Part shown: positions 1 through 12,788 of the stretch, piece after piece
How positions within the stretch are numbered: position 1 is the first letter of the stretch
How the letters are laid out: each line of letters begins with the position of its first letter
Assembly (NCBI RefSeq): GCF_026210795.1
Contig: NC_089430.1
Span: 4,588,001-4,652,000, forward strand
From: Rhizophagus irregularis
Lineage: Eukaryota
Direction of reading: 5' to 3'
DNA length: 64,000 nucleotides
Notes under the pieces: model-generated
The model's input: the letters and a program-made list of their open reading frames with translations, nothing else
Told to the model about the DNA's origin: nothing
Databases searched by the model: none
Program-made: the position numbers and the translations under genes

Positions 1-1973
1 AATGTAAATATACGTGTAACGCACTACATTATCAACGAAATTTCAAAAATTGGACTAGCGGTAATAATGTTATTGATAAATTTATTCAAGATATTCAAAT
101 ATCAGCACATGGAAAAATAAAAGCATTTGAATGGATACCTTATAATAAATTTAATAATATTGAATATACTTTGAAAGAATTTGGAGAAGTATATAGAGCA
201 ACTTGGACTAAAAATATGTTTATAATCCTAAAAACTCTAGAAAATCCAGATGATATTGCTTCAGAATTTATGAACGAGGTAAAATTAAAAAAAAAATTAT
301 TATTTATGAAAATTTTGATTATAATTTTTTCCTAATATATTTATATTTTATATTTTGTATAGGCTACGATAAATCATAAATTTTATGGAATAACTCAAGA
401 TCCAAAAAAGAAAAAATATATGTTCGTTTTAGATGATATATGCGAAAAATGTAATTATGTTTGTGAATCAATACATTTTCAACAAAATTTTAAAAATTGG
501 ACAAGTGGTAATAATGATATCGATAAACTTATTCAAAGTTCTCAGTTATCAGCACATTCAACCTATGAAATAAGGAGTTCATTAGAATGGATACCTTATA
601 ATAAATTTTTTAATATTGAATATATTGCAAAAGGAGGGTTTGATAGGGTATATAAAGCAAATCGGATTGACAGACATAAAAAAGATAAAAATATAATTGT
701 GGCTTTGAAATTTTTAGATAACTCAAAAAATGTTACATTAAAGTTTATGAATGAGGTAATAATTAGTTCAATTTCTAAGGTTTGAAATATATTAAATATA
801 TTATAATTTTATTTTAGTATTAACGCAATTTATTTTATATATAGATTACATTACATTATAAAGAAGGTGCAAATAACGGTTTTATTGTTGGATTTTATAG
901 AATAACTCAAGAACCAAAAACGAAAAATTATGTAATGGTTTTGGAATATGCAAAGAATGGAAGTTTACGAAATTATTTAGATATAAATTATCATAAATTA
1001 AGTTGGAAGGATAAGATTTATCATATACTTAATATTGCATGTGGAGTTTTACATATTCATGAAAATGAATTAATTCATCGAGATTTACATATTGGTAATA
1101 TATTAATGACAGACTTTGATAAAATAACTGATATGGGATTATGTAAACCTGCAGATTACGATGCATCAAAAAATACAAAAAATAGTACATATGGTGTTTT
1201 ACCTTATATTGCTCCTGAAATTTTAAGAGGACAAAATTATACTAAAGCCTCTGATATTTATAGTTTTGGTATAATTATGTATGAAATGATTTCTGGTTTA
1301 CCTCCATACCGTGATGTAAGCCATGATGAAAATTTAGCAATAAAAATTTGCCAAGGGCTTAGACCGAAATTTAATATCAAAGTACCTCAATTAATTTTGC
1401 ATTTAATTAAAAGATGTCTAGATGCAAATCCGTTAAATCGACCTACAGCAAATGAAATTCAATCAATTATAGAAATATGGCGATATAAACCAAGTGATGA
1501 ACAAACGACAGAATTACAAAGACAAATTAAAGAAGCAGAAGAAATAAATAATAATTCATTAACGTGTAATGAGCCTACAACCCATTTAAGATTATCATAT
1601 GAAACACATTCAGAAGCTATTTACACTAGTAGATTACTTAATTTTAATAATCTTCCCGAACCAAAAAATTCTGACGATTATTATGAACATTACGATAATA
1701 TAACAAGCACGGAATATTCAGGTATTGTTAACTTTTTTTATTATAAAGACGAGTTATGAGAAAATAATTTAAAATTTAATTTTTTTAAACAGAATCCTTA
1801 CAAATCGATGTTTCTCAATCGAATATTATTGAAGACGGTAAATTTTTTAACTTGTATCTGTAATAATTGTTTTTTTATTTATGTTTAACATTTTTATTTC
1901 TATTTCTTATAATATTATAGACCAAAATATCAATTCTAATGACGAGGCACAGAATTTAGAACAAAAATCATAA
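1..1973 (+). CDS. TKL-like Ser/Thr protein kinase, 5'-partial, with an extra N-terminal Zn-knuckle/N-lobe module. Exons <1-278, 363-755, 845-1721, 1793-1837, 1921-1973
   Basis: Spliced frame is continuous across GT-AG introns. Motifs FKNWTSGN (twice), EWIPY, VALK, HRDLHIGN, DMG, PYIAPE, DIYSFG. Stop TAA at 1971-1973. Confidence 0.88.
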
Positions 1974-4327
1974 TTAATTAATATTTTATATTTAGTAGCG
2001 GTTTTTACGTCTTATTTTTTTTTTATACTGCATATCTCAGAATTACATTGCAATTTTCTTAGCTTAAATAATATTTAATATGTTGCGTTTATTTTATTAT
2101 TATTGATTCAATAAAATTAATCCCTAAGTAAAAAATATATGACATGAAAAAATGCCAATTTTTTTTTCTCGGAGCGAAGTTAACGTGTCATGTGACTGAT
2201 ATGAATTAATTTTAATTCCGGCCAACATTATGATTAAAAATGTAGATCATTTTTAAGCTCTTGGTTGAATAATTTTCATAATTCCATCGAATTGTTTATT
2301 ATCGACTTTTACACTTACAAAGATGAAATTAGCCAGAGTTTAATAATATTTAAATTTAAAGGAAGAATGGAATTATTTAGTTTATTCCGTCATCACTCGT
2401 CAGATTTGCAAAAATGTTCGTGACACTACATGTCCGGTAATATTACTGGTAAATTTAAATTTAGTCATACATGAAATAATGGCTTCTAGACTTATTTGTC
2501 AACCTTTTCTTATAAAACAAATTTATTTATGTATTACAAGATAATGTGTTATTATTTAAATTCGTCATATGAGAAATTATGTCACCACAAAATATAAGTC
2601 AAACTATACTTATGCATTATAAGTGTACTGTACGCTTGTATACTATCATAAATTTTGAAATCTTAGACGAACCATTATCGTAAAAATAAGTTAAAATTAT
2701 CATTAAAATACTAAGATATACGGTATATATTGACATTTGACATTATTAAATTAAAATGATATGCGCCTTTTTTTACCCGGATATGTTGGTCCCACGACCA
2801 AATCCTATATTATCTCGCCGATTGGGACCAAGTTTGGAAATATCCTTCAAAGACGTAGAATTGAACGAGCGAACGAATTGGTCAAGATAATTCTAACGTG
2901 TACTGAACCAAGATAAAAACAAAAGTTTTTTAATTTTATAAATTCGCAAAAATATCAATGACCTAAATTTAATATTTTTACCGAGTTTTAAATTTTTATT
3001 TTTATTTTTTTAATTTTTTAAAATTCCTCGAAAAAATTTCGTTGGAACATAAATTCGAATTTACTAACGACAAATTGATTCCTTCGAAAATGGTGTACTT
3101 TAACTTTTTTTATTATCAATCTTGTCATTAAAAACTGTAAAAATGCGCCAGGGAAACTATGATTGTCAATAGTGAGATTATGACCGAATGTATAACTATA
3201 ATATAAGCATTGTAATTTCATTTGGCTAATTTTTTTAATCGGATATCTGATATGATTGATTAAGTAAAAAATTCACTCAGTACAACAATTTAGAAAATGT
3301 TACATGGTATGTATATAATGCTGATATAAATGTTACACAAATGCCATTGTTTTTTTCATACGACACAACATTAAAGATATTATGGTTTCACGACGGAACA
3401 TTTATGCTTAGAATAAAATTTTAAAATTAAAAAAATTTATTGTTGCGATATAAATTTCGATCAAATTGGATTACTTTTTTAAGTTACGCCATCGGATTTT
3501 TCTTTTTTGTATGTCCTTTGAAAATTCGATCTTTCATAATATTTATAATATTGTATTACAATTATTAGATTTTTAAATGTTTCATCTTTATTTTTTAAAT
3601 CATAGTTTTTACTCACACGATTTTTTTTTAAGTTCATAGAAATAAAATTTAATTATTTCTCTGTCATACGATTTTTTTTTTAATAAAATGCATTTTTTTT
3701 AAGCTTGTGTAACAAAATTGAATGCAATCATTTTCGAAACAATGATTTTAATTAAAAGAAAGAACGAAAGAATGCAACATACGTGAGAATCTTGCATTTT
3801 ATTTATTTTTTTTTTAATTTATGACAGATTAGAGTATTTTTTTTTATTTAATCAATAATCAAATTTTAATTCGTGAAAAAAATAATAATAATGAATAATC
3901 AACACCATGTGATACAGTACGTGTGACACCTAAATTGCAGTAAATATGCAAACAATTTATTATCGGTAATTGTATAAAAATAAACCAGTAACAACCTGGA
4001 TAACGACTCGGATAAATTATATGATAGAAAAGTAATATTGTATAACGTAGTTAAGTTTTGAACTTTCTTATTTCAGTAATAATTTTATTTAATCCAATTA
4101 AATTATACACTTAAACTTTGGTTAAAATACTTTTCGCGCTGCCAGCTTTCGGGACGATCTCGGAAATTTCTATTACACAATTTCTTTTTTTAATTTCGCA
4201 CAAACTTTATTTTTACCTTTTTAAATCATCCAGTTAAACCCAAATAATTTTACGGTTTTCGAAGATCATATTTATTTTTTTCTAACTATTTACCAATTTC
4301 TACACCATCCTAAAAGAAAAAGTCTCA

Positions 4328-5894
4328 ATGGGTTCTAATAATGATGATATATGTAAAGAATGTGGTTATAATTCTCTTTTTTGTAATGTAAACCATTTTA
4401 AACACAATTTCAAAAAATGGTCTAGTGGTAATAGTAATATAGATAAATTAATCCAAGGTACTCAACTATCAGCACATTATGATGTATCAATAGCATTAGA
4501 ATGGATACCTTATAAGAGACTTACTGATATTAAATATATTTCGGAAGGAGGGTTTGGAAAAATATATAGAGCAAAATGGAAGGATGGAAATATACAATAT
4601 TGGGATACTAAAAATAAAAATTGGGAAAGATGTAGTCAAAATATGATCGTGGCCCTGAAAAGTTTGAATAATTCAAAAAAAGTTACATCAGAATTTACAA
4701 ACGAGGTAAATGAGGTATAATATAATTAAAAATAATTTTAAAAATTTTTGAAAAATTTCATTTTTTTTTTTTAACGTTTTATTAATACTTTATATACGGT
4801 ATACTTAGGTTATTTTGCATTATAAAATTAAAAAATGTAATGGATTTGTTATAGAATTTTATGGAATAACCCAAGATCCAAAAACAAAAAATTATATGAT
4901 GGTTATGGAATATGCAGAGAATGGAAGTTTAAGAAATTATTTGGATAAAAGTTATCATGAATTAAAATGGGAAAATAAGATTCATTATTTATGTAGTACC
5001 GCATTTGGACTTGCCAGTATTCATGAAAATGAAGTAGTTCATCGAAATTTACATTCTGGCAACGTATTAAAGAATAATGTTCAAACTTGTATAACTGACG
5101 TAGGATTATGTAAACCTGCGGATTATAATGAATCGGAAAATACAAAAAATGGTATATATGGAGTTTTACCTTATATTGCCCCTGAAATTTTAAGAGGACA
5201 AATTTATACAAAAGCCGCAGACGTTTATAGTTTTGGAATAATTATGTATGAAATAATTTCTGGGTTACCCCCGTACTACGATGTAAGACATGACGAAAAT
5301 TTAGCAATAAAAATTTGTCAAGGGCTCAGACCAAGGTTTAATATGAAAATACCACCATTAATTGTGGATTTAATTAAAAAATGCTTGGATGCAAATCCAT
5401 TAAATCGACCGGACGCATTTGAAGTTAGAAAAACTATATACCCATGGTGGCATGATTTTGAAGATCAAATAGAATTAAAAAAACAAATTAAAGAAGCAGA
5501 AGTGAGTATGAAAACCAGTTCTGCATTATCCTATGAAAAACATCCTGGAGCTATTTATACAAGTAGATTACTTAGTTTTGATAATCTTCCTGAACCAAAG
5601 AATTCTGATAATTATTATGAACAAAATGATAATATAATAAGCATAGAATGTTCAGGTATTTAAAGATTTTGTTTATTTTTAAAAAAACTTTCGAAATAAA
5701 TTAAAAAGAAAAATTAATAAATTTTTATTTTATTAATTAGAATTTTTCCAAATTGATATTTCTCAATTAAAAATTAGTGATAAAGGTATATTTTAATTTT
5801 ATTAATAATCAACCAATGTTTATTTTTAAAATTGTTCAATTCTAATTTTTTTTTTTTTTTTTTAATAGATCAAATTAGTGAATCCGAAGGTTAA
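4328..5894 (+). CDS. TKL-like kinase, predicted pseudokinase (HRN). Exons 4328-4705, 4809-5655, 5741-5785, 5869-5894
   Basis: GGFGKIY, VALK, HRNLHSGN, DVG, APE motifs. Intron positions match those of the paralogs. Confidence 0.9.
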
Positions 5895-7224
5895 GACAAG
5901 AATTTTTTCTATTTAACATTTAGCCGTTATACAAAACGAGCCTTGGAATTTTTTAATTATTATTATTAATAATTTTTTTCTTACTTGTCATTAATATTCA
6001 AATTTTTTGTTGACATTAGCTTTATTTGAAGTTGAAATTGACATCGTTTATATGTCATTTTTTATAAATTAGCTAATGAATGAGAAAGAACTATGTTACA
6101 CAATTTTAAATTGTAACTTTTATTTTTTTTAAATTAATTAATTGATTTTTTTTTTATTAATTTTTTTTTTTTAAATTATAGTATAGAACCTAGAAAAATT
6201 TTACTCCCTTTACGTTTTAGACGTTTTAGACATAACGGAAATATCCGTAAAATTTAAAAATTTTATTCTAAAAAATTTGATAAATTCCAGACAGTATATT
6301 CATATACTCAGTATTGCTTAAATTTATCTTTCATTTTTGTGAATAAATAATTTTATTTTCTTTTTTTCTAAAAGAAAAAAACAAACTTCAAATAGACATA
6401 ATCATACGATTTTTGTGCTAGCGAGCTTAGATTATAATAAAAAATTTATAACGCCTATATGCAGTATAATTAACTGATTTATTTTAAGTAAAAATCAAAA
6501 AAAATTTTTTGCAAAAAAAAAAAAAAAAAAATACAGACTCGATATCCATATAAATAATAATACTTTAATATATGGTTGAGTCTTCGACGGTCTTTGGTCC
6601 AGGATTTGAGTCCAGGATTTGAGGATCGACTCGGACCGGGACCGATTATTTAAAATTTTTCATCTAATATTAATCAAGTTTTTACATTGAAATGTCAAAA
6701 TTTTCATATTTTAGTATTTTATAACATCAATATTATTTTGATTATTTTGATTCCTTGTTGATTTCTTTAAAAAAAAGTTAAAAACTACGAGAAATATTTC
6801 GTATTTTAGCAACTATTTATGTTATATGATCGGCATGACTTTTTTTTTTATTTCAACGTATTTTATAAAATTTTGTTAAAAATGGACCAGCATTTATTTC
6901 TTGTTATTGTTAGAAAGCAAATCACATGACTAACAATAAAAATATATCAAAAATTTTAGGACTTCCTCTATTAGGCGATATGACTTTCAAATAAAACCTC
7001 AATGAAACGAAGGTAATAAATAATAATAAATTAACGCTAAAATTTTTGCCAAATATACGCTGTTGTATCATATATAAAATAAATTTAAAAAATTTAAGGA
7101 TGGTCTTTTTGGGACCGGATCAGGCCGGACTGATCCATTAGAAGACTTCTACTCAATGATCATATAATCATTTGTATAAAAATGATTTTTTCTGTTTTTT
7201 TTTTAAACAAGATTTTAGCAATTA

Positions 7225-7377
7225 GCCTATAAAAAGTTTATCCGTTATTTCTGTAAAAACTCGAACCTTTTACGGATCCATTCGCAGAAAAATGAAAATA
7301 ATTTGACAAATTCCGTGATATATCCCTTTTACGGAAAAAAATGGAATATAAAAAACGGATCGACTTTTTTTACAGGG
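7225..7377. mobile_element. MITE with (C)CCT(A/G)TAAAAA termini, CMC/EnSpm-like
   Basis: Ends GCCTATAAAAA...TTTTTTACAGGG, flanked by TA on both sides. Closely similar copy at 35485-35667. Confidence 0.65.
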
Positions 7378-7879
7378 TAGGCTTAGAAAAATAATCCAAC
7401 GACTTGAAATATTGTTATATCCGAAGAAGAAAAAGTACAAATTAAATGTGGTTTTGTTGTGAAATCACAGGTCACTCGTCTTGCTAATAATTTTTCCGAA
7501 GTACTGTGTGATCGATCTACTTTACGATGGCTTCGATTTTACTAGCCAGTACAAGTTTTACACGAACCCACCATGATACTCTTATAGTCGAAGAGACTTT
7601 AGAACGCTAATTTAAAGATAAGTTAAATCTTTGTGTACAACATGTCTTATTATATTCGGGTCAAACATTCACTACTCTAAACGAAAGACGGATTTATGGA
7701 GTAAATGGAAGATTTCTCAACGACAGTATTTAAGCTTGTTTTAAAAGGGAAAAACACATAATAAATGGATAGTAATACTTAAAAAATATTTTGTCCAGTA
7801 AGGCAAAACGTTAAGACAGATAGGAAATCTCATCCATGCCACATTGCTGGTTAAACTAATTAGGATTTATTTATCCCCT

Positions 7880-8189
7880 CATCACGGCGGATTTATGAAA
7901 TACCCTAAATTTGTCCGTCATGTCAAATTAAATAAATATTTGACAGTCTTTTAGTCACCAAATTTCCCAAATTTATTAGTGAACAGTCAAAAATGAGCCC
8001 TAAAAAATTTTTTTGTACCCCAAATCTTGCGTCTAACCAATTTTTCCGTTACCTAACCAATTTTTCCAGTGTTAAAGGTGCGTCATATTTGACATTTTTT
8101 AGGAAAAAAGCTTAATGTTTCTATAAGTCAATTTTAATTCCCGAGGGAGCAGCAGGGTTTTTGCCAAATTTCATAAATCCGCCGCAATG
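7880..8189. mobile_element. MITE with ~22-bp TIRs (CATYRCGGCGGATTTATGAAAT)
   Basis: TIR pair visible. Second, highly similar copy at 54292-54578. Confidence 0.8.
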
Positions 8190-8302
8190 TATTTCCTTTA
8201 TACCTCCTAAATAAATCAGGCTAGTTCGGCATGAATCTCTTTATGGAAAGCCAGGACAAATAAAATTGCGTTTATTTTTACGTTTATTAAATGCTTGTTT
8301 AG

Positions 8303-8519
8303 CGCTTAAAGTGTGGTTTTAAATGCTTAAATTTTATTTTTAAGCATTTATTATTTAGATTTCCACATTAAATCTTGTGTTACGAAAGAGAATTTTTATA
8401 GAAATAAATAAATTTGTGAAAAAAAAATTTATAAGCGTTTAATTGAAATCCCATATTTGTAAAAAAAGAATTATAAACGTTTAAATGTAAAAGTAAACGC
8501 TTAAACCATACTTTAAGCG
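8303..8519. repeat. Imperfect inverted repeat, probable degenerate MITE
   Basis: CGCTTAAAGTGTGGTTT(T)AA at 8303 pairs with TTAAACCATACTTTAAGCG ending 8519. Confidence 0.5.
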
Positions 8520-8956
8520 TAAAAATATGCGCACGTCACTCATTAAGTCAATGAAAGGTTGTAGCTTGTGGTGTAACTCGATATTATATAAAATTTCTAT
8601 GTGAGCATCTGCAATGACGCTATTGACGTAACCTTGTTACGGCAGTTCTCTGTTTGGGAAAATTTATTTTTTTTATTACATCAAATTTGTCAACTGGTGA
8701 AAAAAATTGTCAACTTTAAAATCATAACGGCAATTGATGCATATGTGAAACGTACTATATATGGTAAAATATCGTATAGCCATTGATAGGATCATGCAGA
8801 TATATTTTTATTAGGAATAGCAATAAAAAAATATGGTGCAGATGAAATTTTTATAGGAAAAGTTTAATAAAGCTTAAAAAGTGGATTAAAAATAGCATAA
8901 AAATGAAATTTATAGGAAACTAAATAAACCCGTCAGAACGATAGCACTTTTGGGCT

Positions 8957-9038
8957 TCGGTTGCAGGATCGAATGATTGGATGAAAATGGACCACGTTGT
9001 GACCATTTTCACCAACCAATGAAGGGCTCTGTAACCGA
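8957..9038. repeat. Short imperfect foldback (~80 bp)
   Basis: TCGGTTGCAG..ATTGGATGAAAATGG pairs with CCATTTTCACCAACCAAT..CTGTAACCGA. Confidence 0.45.
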
Positions 9039-9899
9039 CATAGCTGCTCCCCATCCAATAATAAATATATCAATTTATTTATTCTAAACTACTGATAATC
9101 CGAAAATCTGACAGCCGTTAAACTTTAGTTAATTTTTGTCAAGTGTCCACTATAATTTGAATTTTGCTGTAATGTTCGCTGTTTCGTACAAATTGATACA
9201 AATTACAAAAGTTGCTTATAATAAAATTTTTTTTTTACCTTTTTAATGTTTATTATATCGGTATAACATTTCCTTTTTAAGAATAATTAAAAATTATATT
9301 AATTGCTTCGTTACGATTGTGCTTCCTTGATTTTGAATGCAATCTTTAGTTACTGGTTTTAGCTTATTGTATGGCATGATCCGAATAATCCGATAAATTT
9401 AAAATTCATTTTACGAGATTCTAAGTTTAGGATTGATAATTACTTTATCGCTATAATGAGGAATTTTTTTTTCATTTAACAATTACCTGTCGTGCGTCGC
9501 CACAAATAATGTGAAACAAAATTTTGTAGATCACTAACTAATATAAAAATTAGCCACAAAAGTATGTTACATAATCAGCCACATCTCGTGATCCGGTTAA
9601 TATTCGGATCTTGCATTTAATTTATCCGCCATTTAATTTATCCGTAAATTTACAAAAAATCGGCACTCGGCTGCTTTAAATTAAGCGAAAACTCGGTTAG
9701 ATCCGGCAATTCACTTCTAAATGATTTTTCTCGTTTTTATTGTGATACAAACTATTTTAATATACTTTTGGGAACGGAGAAATTTTTTTTCTTGAACCGT
9801 GCAGTAAAAAAAATTAATATAAATACAACCATAATTTTTCAAGTCCTGGCTGTATCAAACTACAAGAAAAAGAAAAATAACAATAAGAAATTATTAAAT

Positions 9900-11593
9900 A
9901 TGATTTCTCAACTATTAAAATTATTCAATAATTTTGATTACCTTTCATTGATAGGTATCATATTAACAATCTACGTGGCACGGTATTATTACAAATATTT
10001 TACTCGTGTCAATCCCTTACCTGGTCCTTTCCCATTCCCACTCGTTGGAAATTTACCTCAAGTAATTTGGCATAGTGGAAATCTCAAAAAATTTTTCGAA
10101 TATAATCACAAGAATTATGGTGACATATTCGAAGTCCAATTGGAATCACGACTTATAATTCTAAATAAATCAGAATATATTGAAAAGATTTTATCAGCTT
10201 CAACAAAAAATCCATATATTAAAAGAATTGCTGATTCTAATACTCAAGGACCTCAAGAATTAGGTATTTTCGGAAAAGGAATAATTCTAAATCAAGATTA
10301 TCAATCATGGAGATATAATCGTCATTTTTTTACACAAGCTATCTTGTCACCAAAATTTGCTCAAGAAGCTACTCATTGGACAAACGAACTTTTCAATGAA
10401 TTGGAAGGTTATTGGGATAAATTATATCTTAAAAAAGAAACAACCAATGAGAATAAAAAACAATTGGATTTCTCTACATGGTTCAATCAATTTACAAATG
10501 ATATGATTTTCAAAATATTAACTGGTGAAAGATCTTATACAATGGCGGGATATTTTAATACTCTTAGTGACAATGAAAAAGCAGAACGTCCAGAAGCAAT
10601 AATTGATGAGACTGTAAAATTAGTTGATGCAATTCGTAAACAAGTTTTAGGTTTATTATTTTTTCAATTTGTCTCTCCTTTCTTACGACATTACGTTCCA
10701 TTTTTTAAGGGTAAATCAGATGAGTTACTTCAAAACGCGAAATTTTTGATTCAACGAATGGAAAGCATTATTAAGAAACGTAGACAAGAAATTGAAAATA
10801 CGCCATTAGATAAACCTTTGTCAAATGATATGTTGACATCAGTCATTATTGCGAATACAACTCGTGATGTTAATGGTAACGAAACTATGAGACCTATGAC
10901 TGATACTGAAATTCGTGGCATTATGCTTGATGGAATAAGTGCTGGAACTGATACAGTAAGTACTATTTATTATAATTATTAAATATTTATATAAATTAAT
11001 ATTTTATTTTTTTTTGTTACTTTCGATAGACTGCGAATCTGATTTCATTCATTGTCTATTATCTTGCGCATAATCCAGATGTTAAAAAGAAGATGTTAGA
11101 TGAAATTGATGGCATTTTCCAAGGGGATAAAACACGTCCAATTACTGAAAATGATTTCAATAACTTAAAATATTGTAAAGCAATTGTAAATGAAGTGGCT
11201 CGCATTTATCCGGTTGTAAATTCGTTTGCAAGATGTCTTGAAAGACCCGAAGAAATAGCAGGCTATCAATGGCCAGCCGATACAATGATTCGTATCAATA
11301 TTGATGCTATCCATAGTAATGGAGATTATTGGGAAGAATATGATAAATTTAACCCTGATAGATGGATGGCTGAAGGTTTTGAGCCAAAGAAACATTCATT
11401 TGTCATGTTTGGTGGAGGGTTAAGAGTCTGTCCAGGAAGAAAGTTGGCAATAGTTGAATTAGTTTGTTTGATGGCTTTATTATATAGAAAATATGAAATT
11501 AATTTGGTTGATATGGAATCTTCCTTAAAAACTAAATCTACGCTTATAACTGCTTGTACTGAATTATTAGTTGAAATTAAGCTAAGAGATTAA
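9900..11593 (+). CDS. Cytochrome P450 (~539 aa). Exons 9900-10955, 11030-11593
   Basis: N-terminal membrane anchor plus PLPGPFPFP, I-helix AGTDT|T split by a GTAAGT..TAG intron, ExxR (EVAR), FNPDRW, heme motif FGGGLRVCPG. Confidence 0.95.
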
Positions 11594-12544
11594 TATTTTA
11601 ATATCCCAATATTTTTGATAACTTTTTTTCTTCCGCTTTTTCTTCTTTCTTATTTTTGATTTTAAGGTATTTAGACTTTCATTCACCGTTAATTTATGTG
11701 ATCTTAATTTTAAAATTATGTATTGTTGCGTATTTCGACAATAAATTTCAACATTTGTCAATTGTGTCAAGTTTTTTTTAATTTTTTGATTTTAAATTTT
11801 CTCCAGGAAATTAGTTAAAAAAGGTATTAATTAAGCCAGTATAGTATATGTGCTGTATGATATTCAATCTATAACAGTAGTAGTACGCAAATTCTATTTA
11901 GTAAATTAAAACAAAAAATAAATATATAATTTTCTAATTTTGAGTAATTTAATATTTTCATAATTTTACTTCTGCTGGAGCTTTATAATTTATTATTTGT
12001 CTTTCAGCTAATTGCATTTTTTTGTACTTTAATTTTTTGCAAAATGGTATGATGCCTTTCAATCTCAAATAAATTATGTTCTTATTCATTATTATCGTCA
12101 ACTTTAATTTTTTTTTTTGCTCTTAAATTATCATCATTTTTTATTACTGAATAAAGCTTTTCTTCATAATTATTAAGAATAAATAAATACAATGAGAGAA
12201 TAAGATCACCTGTAAAATAACATAACTATGAATTTATGAATTTGCAGATTTATGATTCATCATACGGATCAACCTTTCTTATATATATACACTAGATTCG
12301 AAATTAATTCTACTGTTTATTAGTAAAATTTCGTTTAAAATATTTATAATTATTATTTACTAGATAGACTCCTAATTTTTTATCACTTTTTGCAGATTTT
12401 TTTTTTAATGCCATTATTTTCGTTATCAAAGGATTTACGCAGATACAAATTGACTGTGCCGATTAATTTGTCACATGACATTTAACGAAAAATAACATAA
12501 TTATGGAGGTCATAAATGATCGGCAAGATTTTGGCCTAAAATAA

Positions 12545-12687
12545 GTTTCAGGGCCGGAATTATGATAATGCCGGCCAGTATCAAAAAAGACAATAAAATT
12601 TAGGCCGGAACTATCTAAAAAGGCAAGATTTTCATGAAAATTTTGGGTTTTTTTTAAGCGACCTTTTTATGTATTTTTCGGGGTCCT
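12545..12687. mobile_element. Degenerate copy of the CAGGACCC-TIR MITE family (left boundary approximate)
   Basis: TTTCAGGGCCGGAATTATGATAATGCC core and ...CGGGGTCCT end match copies at 21943, 29707 and 62144. Confidence 0.6.
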
Positions 12688-12788
12688 CAAGAACCCATGA
12701 CCTTTATGTTTGTAACACGATCAGCGCAATTATAAATAACGAACTTCCCTATGAAGTTTTACTTATTGTTGTATTTAAAAAAAAAACA

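Noticed and set aside
4903..5211. Antisense ORFs over genes (also 11165, 13547, 24711, 36907)
   Set aside because: Shadow frames of real genes with no independent features.
6571..7165. Possible TIR element with GGACC/GGTCC repeats at both ends
   Set aside because: The ends pair only loosely, with no TSD or second copy in the window.
9768..9899. N-terminal extension of the P450 ORF
   Set aside because: TTG start and low-complexity sequence. ATG 9900 directly precedes the membrane anchor.
12669..12788. N-terminal extension of the F-box ORF
   Set aside because: Starts inside a MITE end. The F-box begins right after ATG 12789.
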